A DNA stretch of 64,000 nt from Zygnema circumcarinatum SAG 698-1b (GCA_037447605.1 CM074817.1:2480001-2544000); one strand, 5' to 3'. Positions 16,101 through 29,183 are shown, counted from the first letter of the stretch. Numbers and translations: made by a program. Notes: generated by a model from the sequence alone, not told the origin.

Positions 16101-18942
16101 CTCCTCTCCTCTCCTCTCCCTCTCCCTCTCCTCTCCCTCCTCCCTCTCCTCTCCCTCTCCTCTCCCTCTCCTCTCCCCTCTCCCTCTCCCTCTCCCTCTC
16201 CCTCTCCCTCTCCCTCTCCTCTCCCTCTCCTCTCCCTCTCTCCCTCTCCCTCTCCCTCTCCTCTCCCTCTCCCTCTCCCTCTCCCTCTCCTCTCCCTCTC
16301 CTCTCCCTCTCCCTCTCCCTCTCCTCTCCCTCTCCCTCTCCCTCTCCCTCTCCTCTCCTCTCCCTCTCCCTCTCCCTCTCCCTCTCCCTCTCCTCTCCTC
16401 TCCCTCTCCCTCTCCTCTCCTCCTCCTCTCCTCTCCCTCCCCTCTCCCTCTCCCTCTCCCTCTCCCTCTCCCTCTCCCTCCCTCTCCCTCTCCCTCTCCC
16501 TCTCCCTCTCCTCTCCCTCTCCTCTCCTCTCCTCCTCCCTCTCCCTCTCCCTCTCCCTCTCCCTCTCCCTCCTCCCTCTCCCTCTCCCTCTCCTCTCCCT
16601 CTCCTCTCCTCTCCTCTCCTCTCCCTCTCCCTCTCCTCTCCTCCCTCTCCCTCTCCCTCTCCTCTCCCTCTCCCTCTCCCTCTCCCTCTCCTCTCCCTCT
16701 CCCTCTCCCTCTCCCTCTCCCTCTCCCTCTCCCTCTCCCTCTCCCTCTCCCTCTCCTCCCTCTCCCTCTCCCTCTCCTCTCCCTCTCCCTCTCCCTCACC
16801 CTCTCCCTCTCCCTCTCCCTCTCCCTCTCCCTCTCCCTCTCCTCTCCCTCTCCTCTCCTCTCCCTCTCCCTCTCCCTCTCCTCTCCTCTCCTCTCCCTCT
16901 CCCTCTCCCTCCCTCTCCCTCTCCCTCTCCTCTCCCTCTCCCTCTCCTCTCCCTCTCCCTCTCCTCTCCCTCTCCCTCTCCCTCTCCCTCTCCCTCTGCG
17001 ACTCTCCCTCTCCCTCTCCCTCTCCTCTCCCTCTCCCTCCTCTCCCTCTCCTCTCCTCTCCTCTCCTCTCCCTCTCCCTCTCCTCTCCTCCTCTCCCTCC
17101 TCCCTCTCCTCTCTCTCCCTCTCCTCTCCTCTCCCTCTCCCTCTCCCTCTCCCTCTCCCTCTTCCCTCTCCCTCTCCTCTCCCTCTCCTCTCCCTCTCCC
17201 TCTCCTCTCCCTCTCCTCTCCCTCTCCCTCTCCCTCTCCCTCTCCCTCTCCCTCTCCTCCCTCTCCCTCCTCCCTCTCCTCTCCCTCTCCCTCTCCCCTC
17301 TCCTCTCCCTCTCCCCTCTCCCTCTCCCTCTCCCTCTCCCTCTCCCTCTCCCTCTCCCTCTCCCTCTCCCTCTCCCTCTCCCTCTCCCTCTCCTCTCCCT
17401 CTCCCTCTCCTCTCCTCTCCCTCTCCCTCTCCCTCTCCCTCTCCCTCTCCCTCTCCCTCTCCTGCTGTGTCGTTCAGACCGTACGGCTCTGCAAGTATAG
17501 ATAACAAGGGCGAGCTTCACCGAGTGTACCGCATTCGACAGAATGCAGGCGTAACGCAGCGCCTGTTAGGAGAGGGAGAGGGAGAAGGACGGGGAGAGGT
17601 GGTGAAAGAGCCGGAGGACATATACAACTCTGACATTTGGAATCAGATCAAGTAGGCTTCCACTGTTTAAGTATGCTTATAAGGTTTAAGTCTTCTAAGT
17701 TTAAAGGATTTAAGCCCAGCCATATTAGTTTGACGGTTGTTTATTTCTTCGGGGATTCAAGGGCTGTTACTAGCGTGCATGTTTTAGGGATTTCGCGTGT
17801 CTCAATAAATCTGAAGGCTGCAAACTGGCCATCACATAAGGATTTTCTGTAAGAGATTCATATGATTGTTTTTTAATTCTACTATTTCTATGCCTTCCAT
17901 GCGGGCAGATCTCCGCTTTTCTGGACGCAGGCTGTGGTGACGGCGTTCTGCATTCTCCGCTCAAGCTTCATGATCGCCTCTGTGAACAGTCAGATCTACT
18001 TCATTGCTGCCCGACAGGTCTCCCTCCCCCTCCCCCTCCCCCTCTTCCTCCGCCTCCCCCTCCCCTCCCCTCTCCCCCTCCCCCTCCAGATAGAGAGAGA
18101 AAAAGTGGGAGAGAGAAGAGAGTGTGGAGGAGAGGTAGTGCGAAGAACAACGTGACCCTAAATTCACTACCTCCCCTCCCCCTTTCCCAACCGCCCTCGC
18201 CCTCTCCCTCTCCCCCTTCCACCTTCTTTGATTCATTTTTAGGGTTTGACGGTTTTCTTCGGTCTGCGCTCCCACAGGCTGCAGCGGGAAGCTCCCCTTT
18301 GGAGATTCTTGAGCTGACTCAGCAATACGTGGACATCTTCAATTGGCTGATGCCACTTGGCGGCGTCGTAATGGTCCCCGTGGCGGGCTACGTCATGGTG
18401 CACCTCGGAATGGTGACATCCTTCATCACCATAGGCGTGATGATGTCACTCACTACCATCATGCAGCTCTGCTACGATCTACCTATTGGCTTCCAGGTAG
18501 TGGCCTCTCCACTCACTGAATCAAAGGAGTTTTTGAAGAGCTTTTAAATACTAACGCGGGTTGTGAAAGGCTAAAGAATTGTTCAGAGTTCGTGATTTGA
18601 TGGTTTGTTTGATTGTTGAGTCTTCACGTTCTATGTTACTGATCCGTTTTAGTCGACTTTGCAGGTGGTTTCTTTTACGCTGTACGCTCTCGTTCGCCCA
18701 TTCATGTTCGGAGCCACAACAGCTTTTATTGGAAGGATTTTTGGGTTTAGCAACTTTGGGAGACTTTTCGGGCTCAATCGACTCGTGGGTGCGCTTGTGA
18801 CTCTTACACAATACCCCCTCACAAGGTAAACTCCCCCCTGCTTGTTTCCAATTCGGCTGAGAGAGAGAGGGAGTGAGGGGTAGTTGGAGAGGAGACGAAG
18901 AGACAGAATAGAGGTAAGGGAGAGAGAATGGAAGGGGGAGAG

Positions 18943-18974
<32 letters not shown>

Positions 18975-19254
18975 TCATTGGAGGTGATATAACTTCAGTG
19001 CTGTTCAAGGCAGTGGACTTGTGCTTGACCTTCGTTTTCATTTCTTCTTCGGTTTGAACAGTCTTGCAGAAGGTCGTTTTGAGGGGAACTACTTCTATGT
19101 GAATTTGGGCTTCCTTATACTCGAGCTAATTATAGCGTTCGCGTTTCCTTATTACCTTTGGAAAGGAGTTTTCTATGGATTCTTTTTCCGTCCCAAACAC
19201 GTTCCGGAGGATATAACCGAAAAATCTCCAGAGGAGGCTTCATCGTCAGCTTGA
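13177..19254 (+). CDS. Major facilitator superfamily transporter, SLC43/LAT3(FMP42)-like, 9 exons
   Basis: Exons 13177-13267, 13975-14109, 14794-14996, 15296-15498, 17478-17651, 17909-18017, 18278-18496, 18665-18825, 19062-19254 join in frame. Motifs: [22 protein letters not shown] (MFS motif A-like), RPFMFG...[15 protein letters not shown]. There are many hydrophobic segments. Confidence 0.88.
15735..17461. repeat. ~1.7 kb almost pure polypyrimidine satellite (CTCTCC/CTCTC units) filling MFS intron 4
   Basis: Nearly only C and T over 1.7 kb. It accounts for the 500-650 aa SL/SP/GE/RG pseudo-ORFs. Confidence 0.95.
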
Positions 19255-19512
19255 TGCATTCGTTGATGAGCCTTTAATTTTAAAGCAGGATTGGATCCAG
19301 TTGAAGTAAAATATATCAAACTCAATTACAATCAGTCAGTTGAGAAGTGTGCGGAGTTTAACTCATCCTATTGATTTATGGGGAATTACTTCGTAAAACA
19401 AGTGTAAAGTTCCATGTAGAGATGGTCAGCATCTATATTGGGAGGGTCGGTTGCAACTGCACCGAACAATTTAGGTTCAGGCTGATGTATTGAAGTAAGA
19501 GAGGAAAACAGG

Positions 19513-19574
<62 letters not shown>

Positions 19575-19584
19575 NNNNNNNNNN

Positions 19585-20226
19585 GGAGATTCTTGAGCTG
19601 ACTCAGCAATACGTGGACATCTTCAATTGGCTGATGCCACTTGGCGGCGTCGTAATGGTCCCCGTGGCGGGCTACGTCATGGTGCACCTCGGAATGGTGA
19701 CATCCTTCATCACCATAGGCGTGATGATGTCACTCACTACCATCATGCAGCTCTGCTACGATCTACCTATTGGCTTCCAGGTAGTGGCCTCTCCACTCAC
19801 TGAATCAAAGGAGTTTTTGAAGAGCTTTTAAATACTAACGCGGGTTGTGAAAGGCTAAAGAATTGTTCAGAGTTCGTGATTTGATGGTTTGTTTGATTGT
19901 TGAGTCTTCACGTTCTATGTTACTGATCCGTTTTAGTCGACTTTGCAGGTGGTTTCTTTTACGCTGTACGCTCTCGTTCGCCCATTCATGTTCGGAGCCA
20001 CAACAGCTTTTATTGGAAGGATTTTTGGGTTTAGCAACTTTGGGAGACTTTTCGGGCTCAATCGACTCGTGGGTGCGCTTGTGACTCTTACACAATACCC
20101 CCTCACAAGGTAAACTCCCCCCTGCTTGTTTCCAATTCGGCTGAGAGAGAGAGGGAGTGAGGGGTAGTTGGAGAGGAGACGAAGAGACAGAATAGAGGTA
20201 AGGGAGAGAGAATGGAAGGGGGAGAG

Positions 20227-20258
<32 letters not shown>

Positions 20259-20796
20259 TCATTGGAGGTGATATAACTTCAGTGCTGTTCAAGGCAGTGG
20301 ACTTGTGCTTGACCTTCGTTTTCATTTCTTCTTCGGTTTGAACAGTCTTGCAGAAGGTCGTTTTGAGGGGAACTACTTCTATGTGAATTTGGGCTTCCTT
20401 ATACTCGAGCTAATTATAGCGTTCGCGTTTCCTTATTACCTTTGGAAAGGAGTTTTCTATGGATTCTTTTTCCGTCCCAAACACGTTCCGGAGGATATAA
20501 CCGAAAAATCTCCAGAGGAGGCTTCATCGTCAGCTTGATGCATTCGTTGATGAGCCTTTAATTTTAAAGCAGGATTGGATCCAGTTGAAGTAAAATATAT
20601 CAAACTCAATTACAATCAGTCAGTTGAGAAGTGTGCGGAGTTTAACTCATCCTATTGATTTATGGGGAATTACTTCGTAAAACAAGTGTAAAGTTCCATG
20701 TAGAGATGGTCAGCATCTATATTGGGAGGGTCGGTTGCAACTGCACCGAACAATTTAGGTTCAGGCTGATGTATTGAAGTAAGAGAGGAAAACAGG

Positions 20797-20850
<54 letters not shown>
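19585..20850 (+). repeat. Duplicate of MFS 3' region 18301-19574 (likely unresolved contig overlap)
   Basis: It starts exactly after gap 19575-19584 in mid-exon, at offset 1284. Copy 1 ends in a (GA)n tract at the gap. Confidence 0.9.
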
Positions 20851-20861
<11 letters not shown>

Positions 20862-21490
20862 TGAGAGAGAGAAAGTGAGAGAGAGAGAGAGAGAGAGAGG
20901 GGGAGAGCGGAAGAGAGGGTGGGGGTAAGGGGCCATGGTTGGGAGAAACAGAGGTAAGGAAAGGTTTAGGGAGAGATCGTGTGATCCTCCGAAATAAGGG
21001 CATTGGTGCATAGATCTGAATTGGGATCCTCACAATGTCTGCCACAGATTCAGAAGGCCAATAAATATACCTTCGTACCCTTCCTTTTTTTATGACATTC
21101 TGAAAGCAAAAAACTATCAAGTGTGAATTTCTTTCCTACTACTCTTAAGCAATAAACTCTATTCAGCTGTAATGCTAGTCCTACCAACATCTACCTTTTG
21201 GGACCATCTTTTGGTGGACCCATAATCCTTCCACAAACACTCCGAATTCTCCCACCAACACCAGTCTCAGATCTTCTTTCGTTTTGCACCTCCTTACCAT
21301 AACAAGCTTCCATGTTTCAAAGACAGGGATTGTTTCCAAAAGTCCGATGCCACCACGGGAGGGAGGGGGGGAGGGAGAGATGGAGAGAGGGAGAGCAGAA
21401 GGACGAGAGATGGGGCGAGGAAGTGTCTCTATGAAGCCCTACATTAAGCAAATCTCTATGACGTGATGATTCTGTGTCATAAATACATAA

Positions 21491-23631
21491 TCAAGATTCC
21501 TTCGCGGCTAAGGACTTTCCTTGCGAAAAGGGATTGTTGAGGTAATGTGAAACCCCCCCATAGGCTGAGTAGAGGCAGTCCGTTTCGAGAACGTGGCTGA
21601 CAACATAGTCCACCGACTGCCCATCAAGAAATCCCTTTCCCTCCTCACTCTCTGCAGAAATCGGTCGGAGGAGTTCACTCGTTATGAGAGAGAAATGTTC
21701 CGCACGCTGTGCGTGGTCCTCTCTGTATGTCTGCCCGAGGATGCCGTGAACGGCGGAAGTTACCTGTACGCAAGAAATAAGAAACATACATATTTAGTAT
21801 TTATAAACTTAAACTTCAAAAGCTTATTCATAGGAGAGGAGGAGCCGAATTGGAAGTTACATTGGACTCCACAATACACTGAGAGCCCTAATTGATGTTG
21901 TTTAATAGAGTGTGGTGAGGGGAATTCTCACTTTCAAAGAATCGACCCCAAGGCTGATATGGACATAGGCTTCCTCGGCTGTACGCAGCTGCGGATGTGC
22001 TGCTCTCAGGTTCACTTCCATGTCGAGAAGACCCGAAATTTGTATCTTATAGAAGTCCATTTCATAGGGTCCCGACCTTCCAGAGGGCTGCACTGTGAAA
22101 AGAAGGCTTCCTGCCAACACTGCCTCCTCTCCCACCTGCAAATTTCCGTTTAAAGTGTAAGGTCTTTGTACGCCAACATTACATGGGAGACACAACAAAA
22201 CTCACGCCAATATGAAAGATGAGAAGCTGACATAAACATTGACCCCAACATGTATGCTTTTTGAAAATGGAGTTTGGACCTGCATGCGAGGGAGGGAGCT
22301 CCCATCAAGCTCAGCCGTGGCCAAAAATCCAAAACCACGAGTAGTCTCCGGGCCTGCTCGTGCCACTAAGTGCAGCTTGTGTTCTTCCCCCCCCACCATC
22401 CACACAATCCCAAGCTCCCGAATCCAAGTTCGAACAGGGGCCTGCCCATCTTCGGTCTGAGTTCTATTATCATAATAGCCGGCCATCTTCATATTAATTT
22501 GAAGTTGACTGTCTGTTACTAAACAGAAGCTCTCATTTGGAATGCCATTGAAGTCGAAATGTGTTCCATGAGCCCCCACCATGTGGGGGTCATGATCTGC
22601 CACCACTCCGTGGCACTTGGCGCCCACAACACTTGGAGCAACGCCTTGGTTGGGGCCAGTATACTTTGGAGAAGAAGTGTTCGCATAGAGAAAGCATTGG
22701 CTCTCCGAGTGGTTTCCGCAGCCCCTGCGAGGGAGGATGAGCAGTGTTTTCATCATGCTAATCTCGTAGGGTTGAAGTTATTTTAAGTTTTCCGTAACAG
22801 GGGGGGGTGGAGAGAGAGGAGAAGGAGATGAGGGGGAGCTTGAAGGGGAGGAGGAGAGGGAGACAAGGCAGGACGAGGGAGATATGGCAGAGAGATAGAG
22901 AGCAGGAAGAGGGAGGGTGAGAGGGAGTCCTCACACTCGGACGAATTGCCAGAAAGTACAGTCGTTATAGTACTTGCAATGGAAGCAGCAGTTCTCCTTG
23001 GTCTTGACCTCCAGTAGAAGCACATTCTTAAATTTGGGATTCTTTACTTTATAGGCTGTGGCGATTGTCTTGTTAACAACGTCCTTCTTTGATTCCTCCC
23101 ACGTTACCGTATCAGACTTATAGCCAAGCTCAAAATTTTCCAACGGCATCTGCGAAAATTCGAGAACTATAAATGAATGGATCGCCTACTTTGAACTGTA
23201 CAAGTGTTTGAAATCCACCACAAAGAAATCCAAAATACTTGAAATTATCTTACCTATTTTTAAGTATTTTGAACACCGTAAGAGCCTCAAAAAGCTCAGA
23301 ACTTGGAAAATTTTCAATTGCTTCAAACCTTTCAAACCTCAACACCCTCAACGTCGCAAACTACCAAGCCCTTGTAAACCAGAAATCCACCCAAGGCCTA
23401 GTTTTCCAAACCATACTTACACCATTGCGCTCTCTCCCTCCCTCCACTCACCCTGTAATACGCTAAGTACCCCCCGCCGGTGCAATTCCCCGTATTGCAG
23501 CGACTATTCGCCGTTAAGTCCGGCTCTGCCAGCAGCGGGGTCCCGTTCCCCGGAGCCTGCTCCCACGCACCGCCCATCTGCGCCCCCACCAACAGCACCA
23601 GCGCCGCCACTGGCCTCCAAAGGCCTGCCAT
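21491..23631 (-). CDS. Secreted protein with a PAN/Apple-like Cys domain and a root-cap/LEA-related C-terminal domain, 5 exons
   Basis: Exons 23452-23631 (MAGLWRPVAALVLLVGAQMGGA signal peptide), 22935-23149 (ENCCFHCKYYNDCTFWQF), 22280-22724 (DPHMVGAHGTHFDFNG...FCLVTDSQLQIN), 21932-22135, 21491-21763 (VHGILGQTYR...DYVVSHVLETDCLYS). The DPH..G..G..F.F.G and VHG.LGQTY motifs are typical of root-cap (PF06830-associated) proteins. Confidence 0.85.
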
Positions 23632-24368
23632 TGCTCGACACGCGAGCCGCCTAAATCCTAAACCCTAACCCTATTTTCTTCGAGCCGCTTCAACCCCAAA
23701 ACCCTACTCGGCCCCTCCGAGCCGCCCTCCCTCCTTCCCTCCCTCCCTGCCGGCGGCGCTTGCAGCGCGCGGAGGTCTCCGGCGGCGCTGAAGTACCCCC
23801 GCGCGGAGGGCCCGATTCGACCAAAAGGGCCACGCGGTTCGCCCGCGGAAGCGATTTCGTACAACTTTGTACAGAAAAAGTACGATGCCGTGCATTGCCG
23901 TACTGTATGGTACCAAACTGTACGAATGACGGCCGGTCAGCCTGACCGGCTCGCTGCCGGTTGACGGCCGGCGAACAGCGAACCGTGGAACGGTATGGGG
24001 ACCTGTTTTACGGGTTTAACACATGGAGGTCTGCTCGGAACATGGAAAGGGTGGGAACTGGGAGTATGCAACTGGATCAGTTGCACGTGTTTTTTTTTTT
24101 GAAATAATTTTTTTTTTTTTTACTTGAAGATTGAGCCAATCATGGTGTACCACCTCCAAAACATGACACGTGGCATATGGTGACTGGTTTCGAGAAACAC
24201 CTTTGTGTCGCGGCTGCATTTTTGGCCGAGCGTGGCGAACTTGACTAATGCCAAGTGGCAGGTGACGTGGCGCCACGTGGATGACTCTGGGATGCCACGT
24301 GGTGGTTTGGTTTGTAAATCAGGGCTGACGTGGTTGCGTGCAGGTGTGGGCATCAGAGAGAGAGAGCT

Positions 24369-27300
24369 ATGGCGGTGAGGAGGTATGGAAGGGGGAGGAG
24401 GGAGGGAGGCGAGGGGGACGGAGGGAGGGGAGAGGGAGGGGCGGTGGGAAAGGAGGGAGGAGGAGGTGCCACGTGGCGCATGATGGTGGGACTTCTTACC
24501 TTCAGGTGAGAGGAAGAAAGTGGGGAAAATTATGGGAGGGAGAGAGAGAGAGAGGTGGCGGGGAGAGGAAGGGCAAGAAGGAGAGGGAGGCGAGACAGAG
24601 GGAGAGAGAGAGGGGGAAGCGGGAGCGAGACAGAGATTGGAGAGATAGAGAGTGAGAGAGAAGGGGGAGGAATGGAGGGAAGGAGTAGAGAAAGCAGCAG
24701 GCAGGGAGTGAGGGAAGGAAAAGCGTGTGTGCAGGAGCGATGGAGGGATGGAGAGAGGAGTAGGAGTGGGACATTGGGGATAGAGCAGGGAAAAGTCATA
24801 TATTCGTCTTTAGTTTTTTTCTTTTACCTTTTATGTGTTCTAGTAATTGAGAAATGTACGGCTCTTCAGATAAGATTAAAATTTATATTTGACTGTTTTT
24901 CTTTAAAGCTTCCCACGACAACATGCTGCGAACCCTAATATTATTTTGGCTTATTCATGACTTATACGCCTAACTAGGGTAAACCGTCAAGTCAAATGGT
25001 GGGTTTACTTGAAATCAATTTTGCTTAAATATATAACCCCCACAACTCGCAAAATCTGTCCTCCACTTATCTCGAACCCATCAAACTCTTTAATCGCATT
25101 CAGACCCCTTTACTCGCTCAAGTTCCGTACAGTCCTATCAGTCCTATTGTTGGTTTTGGAGGGGCAGGCTTTTGAATGCTTGTTTGGTTCAAACTTTTTT
25201 CAACCCGGACGAGTACTGGCAGAGCTTGGAAGTCGCTCACAACATCACTTTCGGGTATGTCTTTCGTTTCCGACATTCTTCACCCCTCCCCCCACTGTAT
25301 CTCTCTCCATCTCTCCTACTACCTCTCTCCCTCCCCAGCTCTCCCCCTTCCCCCCCCTCCCTCTTTTTCTCGCCCTGTCTCCCCCATTCCCTCTCTCCCT
25401 CTCTCGCCGGTCCCCTGCCCTTTCTCTCTCTCCCACTCTCCTCCTCCCCCTCTCTCTCCTCTCCCTCGCCCCTCTCCCTCTCGCTTTCCCTCCCACTCTC
25501 CCTCTCTCCTTCTCTCGCTCTCCCTCTTTCCGCCTCCCCCTCCCCATCTCTCACTCTCTCCCTCTTCCTCTCTCTCACTCTCCCTCTCCCCCTCCCCCTC
25601 CCTCTCTCTCCCCCTTCCCTCTTTGTCGACAATGTATCGAAATTTGAAGATTTCAATCGTGTTTATTTACAATTATTCTTTTTTGTTTTTTTTGCACTTT
25701 CAGGTATGGCTACAAAACATGGGAGTGGCAAAAGGGGCTCCGAGGATACGCGCACCCTCTAATTTTTTCTCTTTTTTACAAATGCTTGGCTCTGATTGGC
25801 TGCGACTCGCCGACTTTTGTGGTATCGCTTCCTCCCCTAAAACGTTTTCCATTCAAGAAAATAAACTAATTACTGAAAGTGTCCCCTAAATTTTCGAATT
25901 TCGAGTAATTTTTTTAGATTTTATTTTCTGCTCAGCCCTCGCCTTGCATTTTTCTTGCCATCTCCCTTTCTTTTCTGTTTTTGTTTCTGTTTCAAGTTAT
26001 GTTTATGTTTTTCTTGATTGTTTTTGCTTTTTTCAGCGTCTCGGCCCAAAACTAATACAGGGCTGTTTTGCCGCTGTCGGCGATTTTTTCCTTTTCCGTC
26101 TTGCTGCCCGGATTTTTGGGGCAGATCGGACAGCCTATTGGGTGGTAGTTTCCTTTCTTCCCTCCCTCCTTCCTCCCCTCCGAATCTCAATAAATCCGAA
26201 TAGTACATCCAAAATATATTGAAAATTCCTTTTTTGATTTTGAATTTTTTGATTTTTTTCTTCTCCCCTTCATTCTATCAACATCCTAACTCTCTCTCTC
26301 TCTCTCTCTCTCCACCTCTCGGCCAATGGGTGGCTGCCAGCTGGCGTGCAGCTTACTCAACTGGTTTACCTTTTTTTGCATCACTCGAACTTTTTCAAGC
26401 TCCTTGGAGACCTCTCTTGCCAACGTGGCGCTTTTCTATTGGATGTCCTCTGAAGGCACGAAGGTGACAGGTGGCGCCACGCCATTCGCTCGCCCTCTAG
26501 TCGACCCAAAACGATATTTCACAACATGGAGGCCAATGGGGGCGCGCCAGGTGGCACTTTGGATCGCCGTTTTGGCCTGTCTGATTCGTCCTACTAGTGC
26601 CATTCTTTGGATCTATATGGGAATTCGAGAAGTACTGATTTCAAAAGACCGTTGGCGCTTTGTATTCTTCGAGGCTCTCCCAATTGGGTGAGTATTGGTT
26701 TCAAAGAACTGAACATTTCTCCTTTTTTTCCCTTTTTTTTTCTTATTTTTTTTTAAATTTAATTCACTTCTCCAAACTTGCAAACTGTCTTTTTGTTCCA
26801 ACCTGACCTTGAACCCCAAACCTTTGCTCCCACTGACAGGTGTCTCCATCCAATGTCAATCTCCTTTTAGGGCCGTCGGATTGGCCGGATCGACCATCTT
26901 GGACCGTTGGATGTACGGCCGATGGGTGATCGTACCTCTTAATTTTGTCGTATTCAACGTCGTCCAATCAGGGGCCAGCTTGTACGGCAGCCACTCTTGG
27001 CATTGGTACTTTTCTCAGGGGGGTCCCGCCATGCTTGGAACTCTCCTCCCATTGGTCGGCCTCGGGGTGTGGTGGTCCCGGAGGCGACACGTGGCAGGGC
27101 TCATTTTGTGGACACTTGGCGTGTACAGCTGTCTCGGGCATAAGGAGTTTAGGTGGGGGCTTCGTACCCCATTTGGACCCAATAATTAAAAATTGAGGTT
27201 TAAGTTGTGGTAGTTTTGGAAAGGGGGGGGGGGGGGGTTCTTTGTTAGTGGCTCGTTGGCATTTCCTTACATTTTGACTTGACTTGACTTTGCTTGTCTT

Positions 27301-27924
27301 GGCTTGACTTGACTTCGGTTCATGTGACTTGGCTTGGCTCGGTTCAGTTTGGCTTGACTTGACTTGACTTGACTTCGGTTCATCTGGCTATACTCGACTT
27401 GGCTTGTCTCGTTCGGCTCGGCTCGGCTTTGACTTGACTTAGGTTGACACGACTTGACTCGACTCAACTCGACTCGACTCAACTCGACTCGACTTGGCTA
27501 CCCTTGGCTTGGGGTGACTCTTACTGGCTTGGCTTGACTTGGCTTGACTTGCTTTGATTTGACAGGACTTAGCTTGACTTGACTTGACTTAGCTTGACTT
27601 CTCTTGACTTGTCTTGACTTGACTTGACTTTCAAATGAGCCTGCAGATTTGTACTGCCCGTGCAGCCCTTGGCTCTCGCCTACGCAGGGGAGGCATTGGG
27701 AACGCTTGAACGCTATTGGTCCATTTCGCCCGTCCTAAGGACGAAGGAGAAGGAGAAGGAAAGCAGTAAAGAAACTTTCGTGAAAGGAAAGATTGGACCC
27801 CCGCACCGAATACGGTGGTCGTGGAAATTTAAACTTTTGCTTTCAGTTCTGGGCCTCACACAGATCCTTCCTGCTCTCTACTTCTCCATCGTCCATCAAG
27901 TGAGTGTTTGAATGCGAGAGAGTC

Positions 27925-27958
<34 letters not shown>

Positions 27959-28700
27959 TCCTCATAGCCATATAAACCCTGAGTTCGAAGCGAATCAAAG
28001 GGAAAGAAAACAAAATAGGAAGAGAGAAATGGCGGTGGGAATGTTTTAAAGAGGTGAAACTTTGCGTAGTTCGGTTAAGCGTTTGATCTTAGCTGGAAGG
28101 TATCAATACATTGTACCGAGTAAGGGAGGTTGTCTAACGGATAACTGTGTTTCTTTGTTTGAATAGCGTGGAACAATCGCAGTGATGCCCTTCTTGGAGA
28201 GGGAGGCAGCGGAGGGGAGAGCGAAGGAGATCCTTTTCCTCATGCCCTGCCACTCGACACCTTTCTATAGTCACATTCATCACAATGTGCCCCTTAGTTT
28301 TTTGGACTGCTCTCCGAGGTCCGTTCCCTGTCTCGAGATAGAGGGGGGAGGGGGGAGGGGGAGGGGGAGGGGGTTGGCGAGGTTTTTTGGTATTGCATTT
28401 GTGTGTTGGTGAGTCTGAATACGTTTTTTGCGATTATTTGTGAAGGTTAGGGAAATTCTCCCTATCCATTAACCCTAGTTTGCGGTTTTAATGGTTTTGA
28501 TGGTGATTGGTATCTTTGGCAGCTTGGGGGAGGGCTATGTTTCTGAGTCGGACGAATTCTTGAAGTCAACGGAACCGTTCACAGAGAGACGGTTTAACAG
28601 CACCATGGAAACCGGCGGAGATCTGCCGACCCACCTCGTGATGTTTAACGTGGAAGAGGAAAAACTTGAGAGACTTCTGCAGAAGCTTAAATATAGAAAG
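24369..28700 (+). CDS. PIGB: GPI mannosyltransferase III (PIG-B/GPI10, Arabidopsis APTG1-like), 3' exon(s) missing at gap 28728
   Basis: Exons 24369-24505, 25168-25254, 25704-25821, 26037-26144, 26341-26687, 26871-27152, 27647-27899, 28167-28318, 28523-28700. Motifs: FRLLNACLVQTFFNPDEYWQSLEVAH, TWEWQKGLRGYAHP, IRPTS, GSHSWHWYFSQG, GHKEFRF, LMPCHSTPFYS. Confidence 0.95.
27274..27630. repeat. Degenerate pentanucleotide (GACTT/GGCTT/GACTC)n array in PIG-B intron 6
   Basis: About 350 nt with 5-nt periodicity, ending ~15 nt before the 3' splice site at 27646. Confidence 0.9.
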
Positions 28701-29183
28701 GTGAGACTTACTTCGAGGAACCATCTCNNNNNNNNNNGGGAGGGGGAGAGAGGGAGAGAGAGAGGTGAGGGGGGGAAGGAGAGAGAGGGGGAGAGGAAGA
28801 GAGAGAGGGAGGTGGGGGGGGAGAGGTAGAGAGAGAGAGAGTTGGGAGGGGAGGGGGTTGAGGAGGGGGAAGAGAGAGAGGTGGGGGGGGAGGGGGGGAC
28901 GGGAGACAGGTGGGGGGGAGGGGGAGAGAGGGAGAGAGGCGGGGGAGGGAGAAAGAGAGGTTAGGAAGAAGTGGGGAGACATGAGAAAGGTGGGGGGGGA
29001 AGAGGGGAAAGAGAAGAGAAAAGGGAGAGAGGGGCTTAAATGTAGGACCCATCCCTACACAATTCTCCCTATATTTCGACTTCGCCTCTCTTGCCTTTTG
29101 ATTTTCCTGCCTCTCTCACGCTCTCCATTCATCTCCCTCTCTCCTGCCCCTCTCCCACCCTCCATCCCTCATTTGCTAATCAC

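Noticed and set aside
15542-17520. Four overlapping 545-652 aa ORFs (SL/SP/LP and GE/RG/ER repeats)
   Set aside because: They are translations of the CT satellite in MFS intron 4. The same applies to most ER/GE/RG/SL ORFs across the window.
18301-20850. Real tandem duplication of the MFS 3' end, RR exon 1, LRR exons or region 1-754
   Set aside because: The copies are near-identical, start or stop exactly at N-gaps, often mid-exon, and end at microsatellites or poly-G. This is typical of unresolved contig overlaps.
20900-21300. Exon-like minus-strand segments between the MFS and root-cap genes
   Set aside because: The candidate exons do not join in a stop-free frame, and nothing is recognisable.
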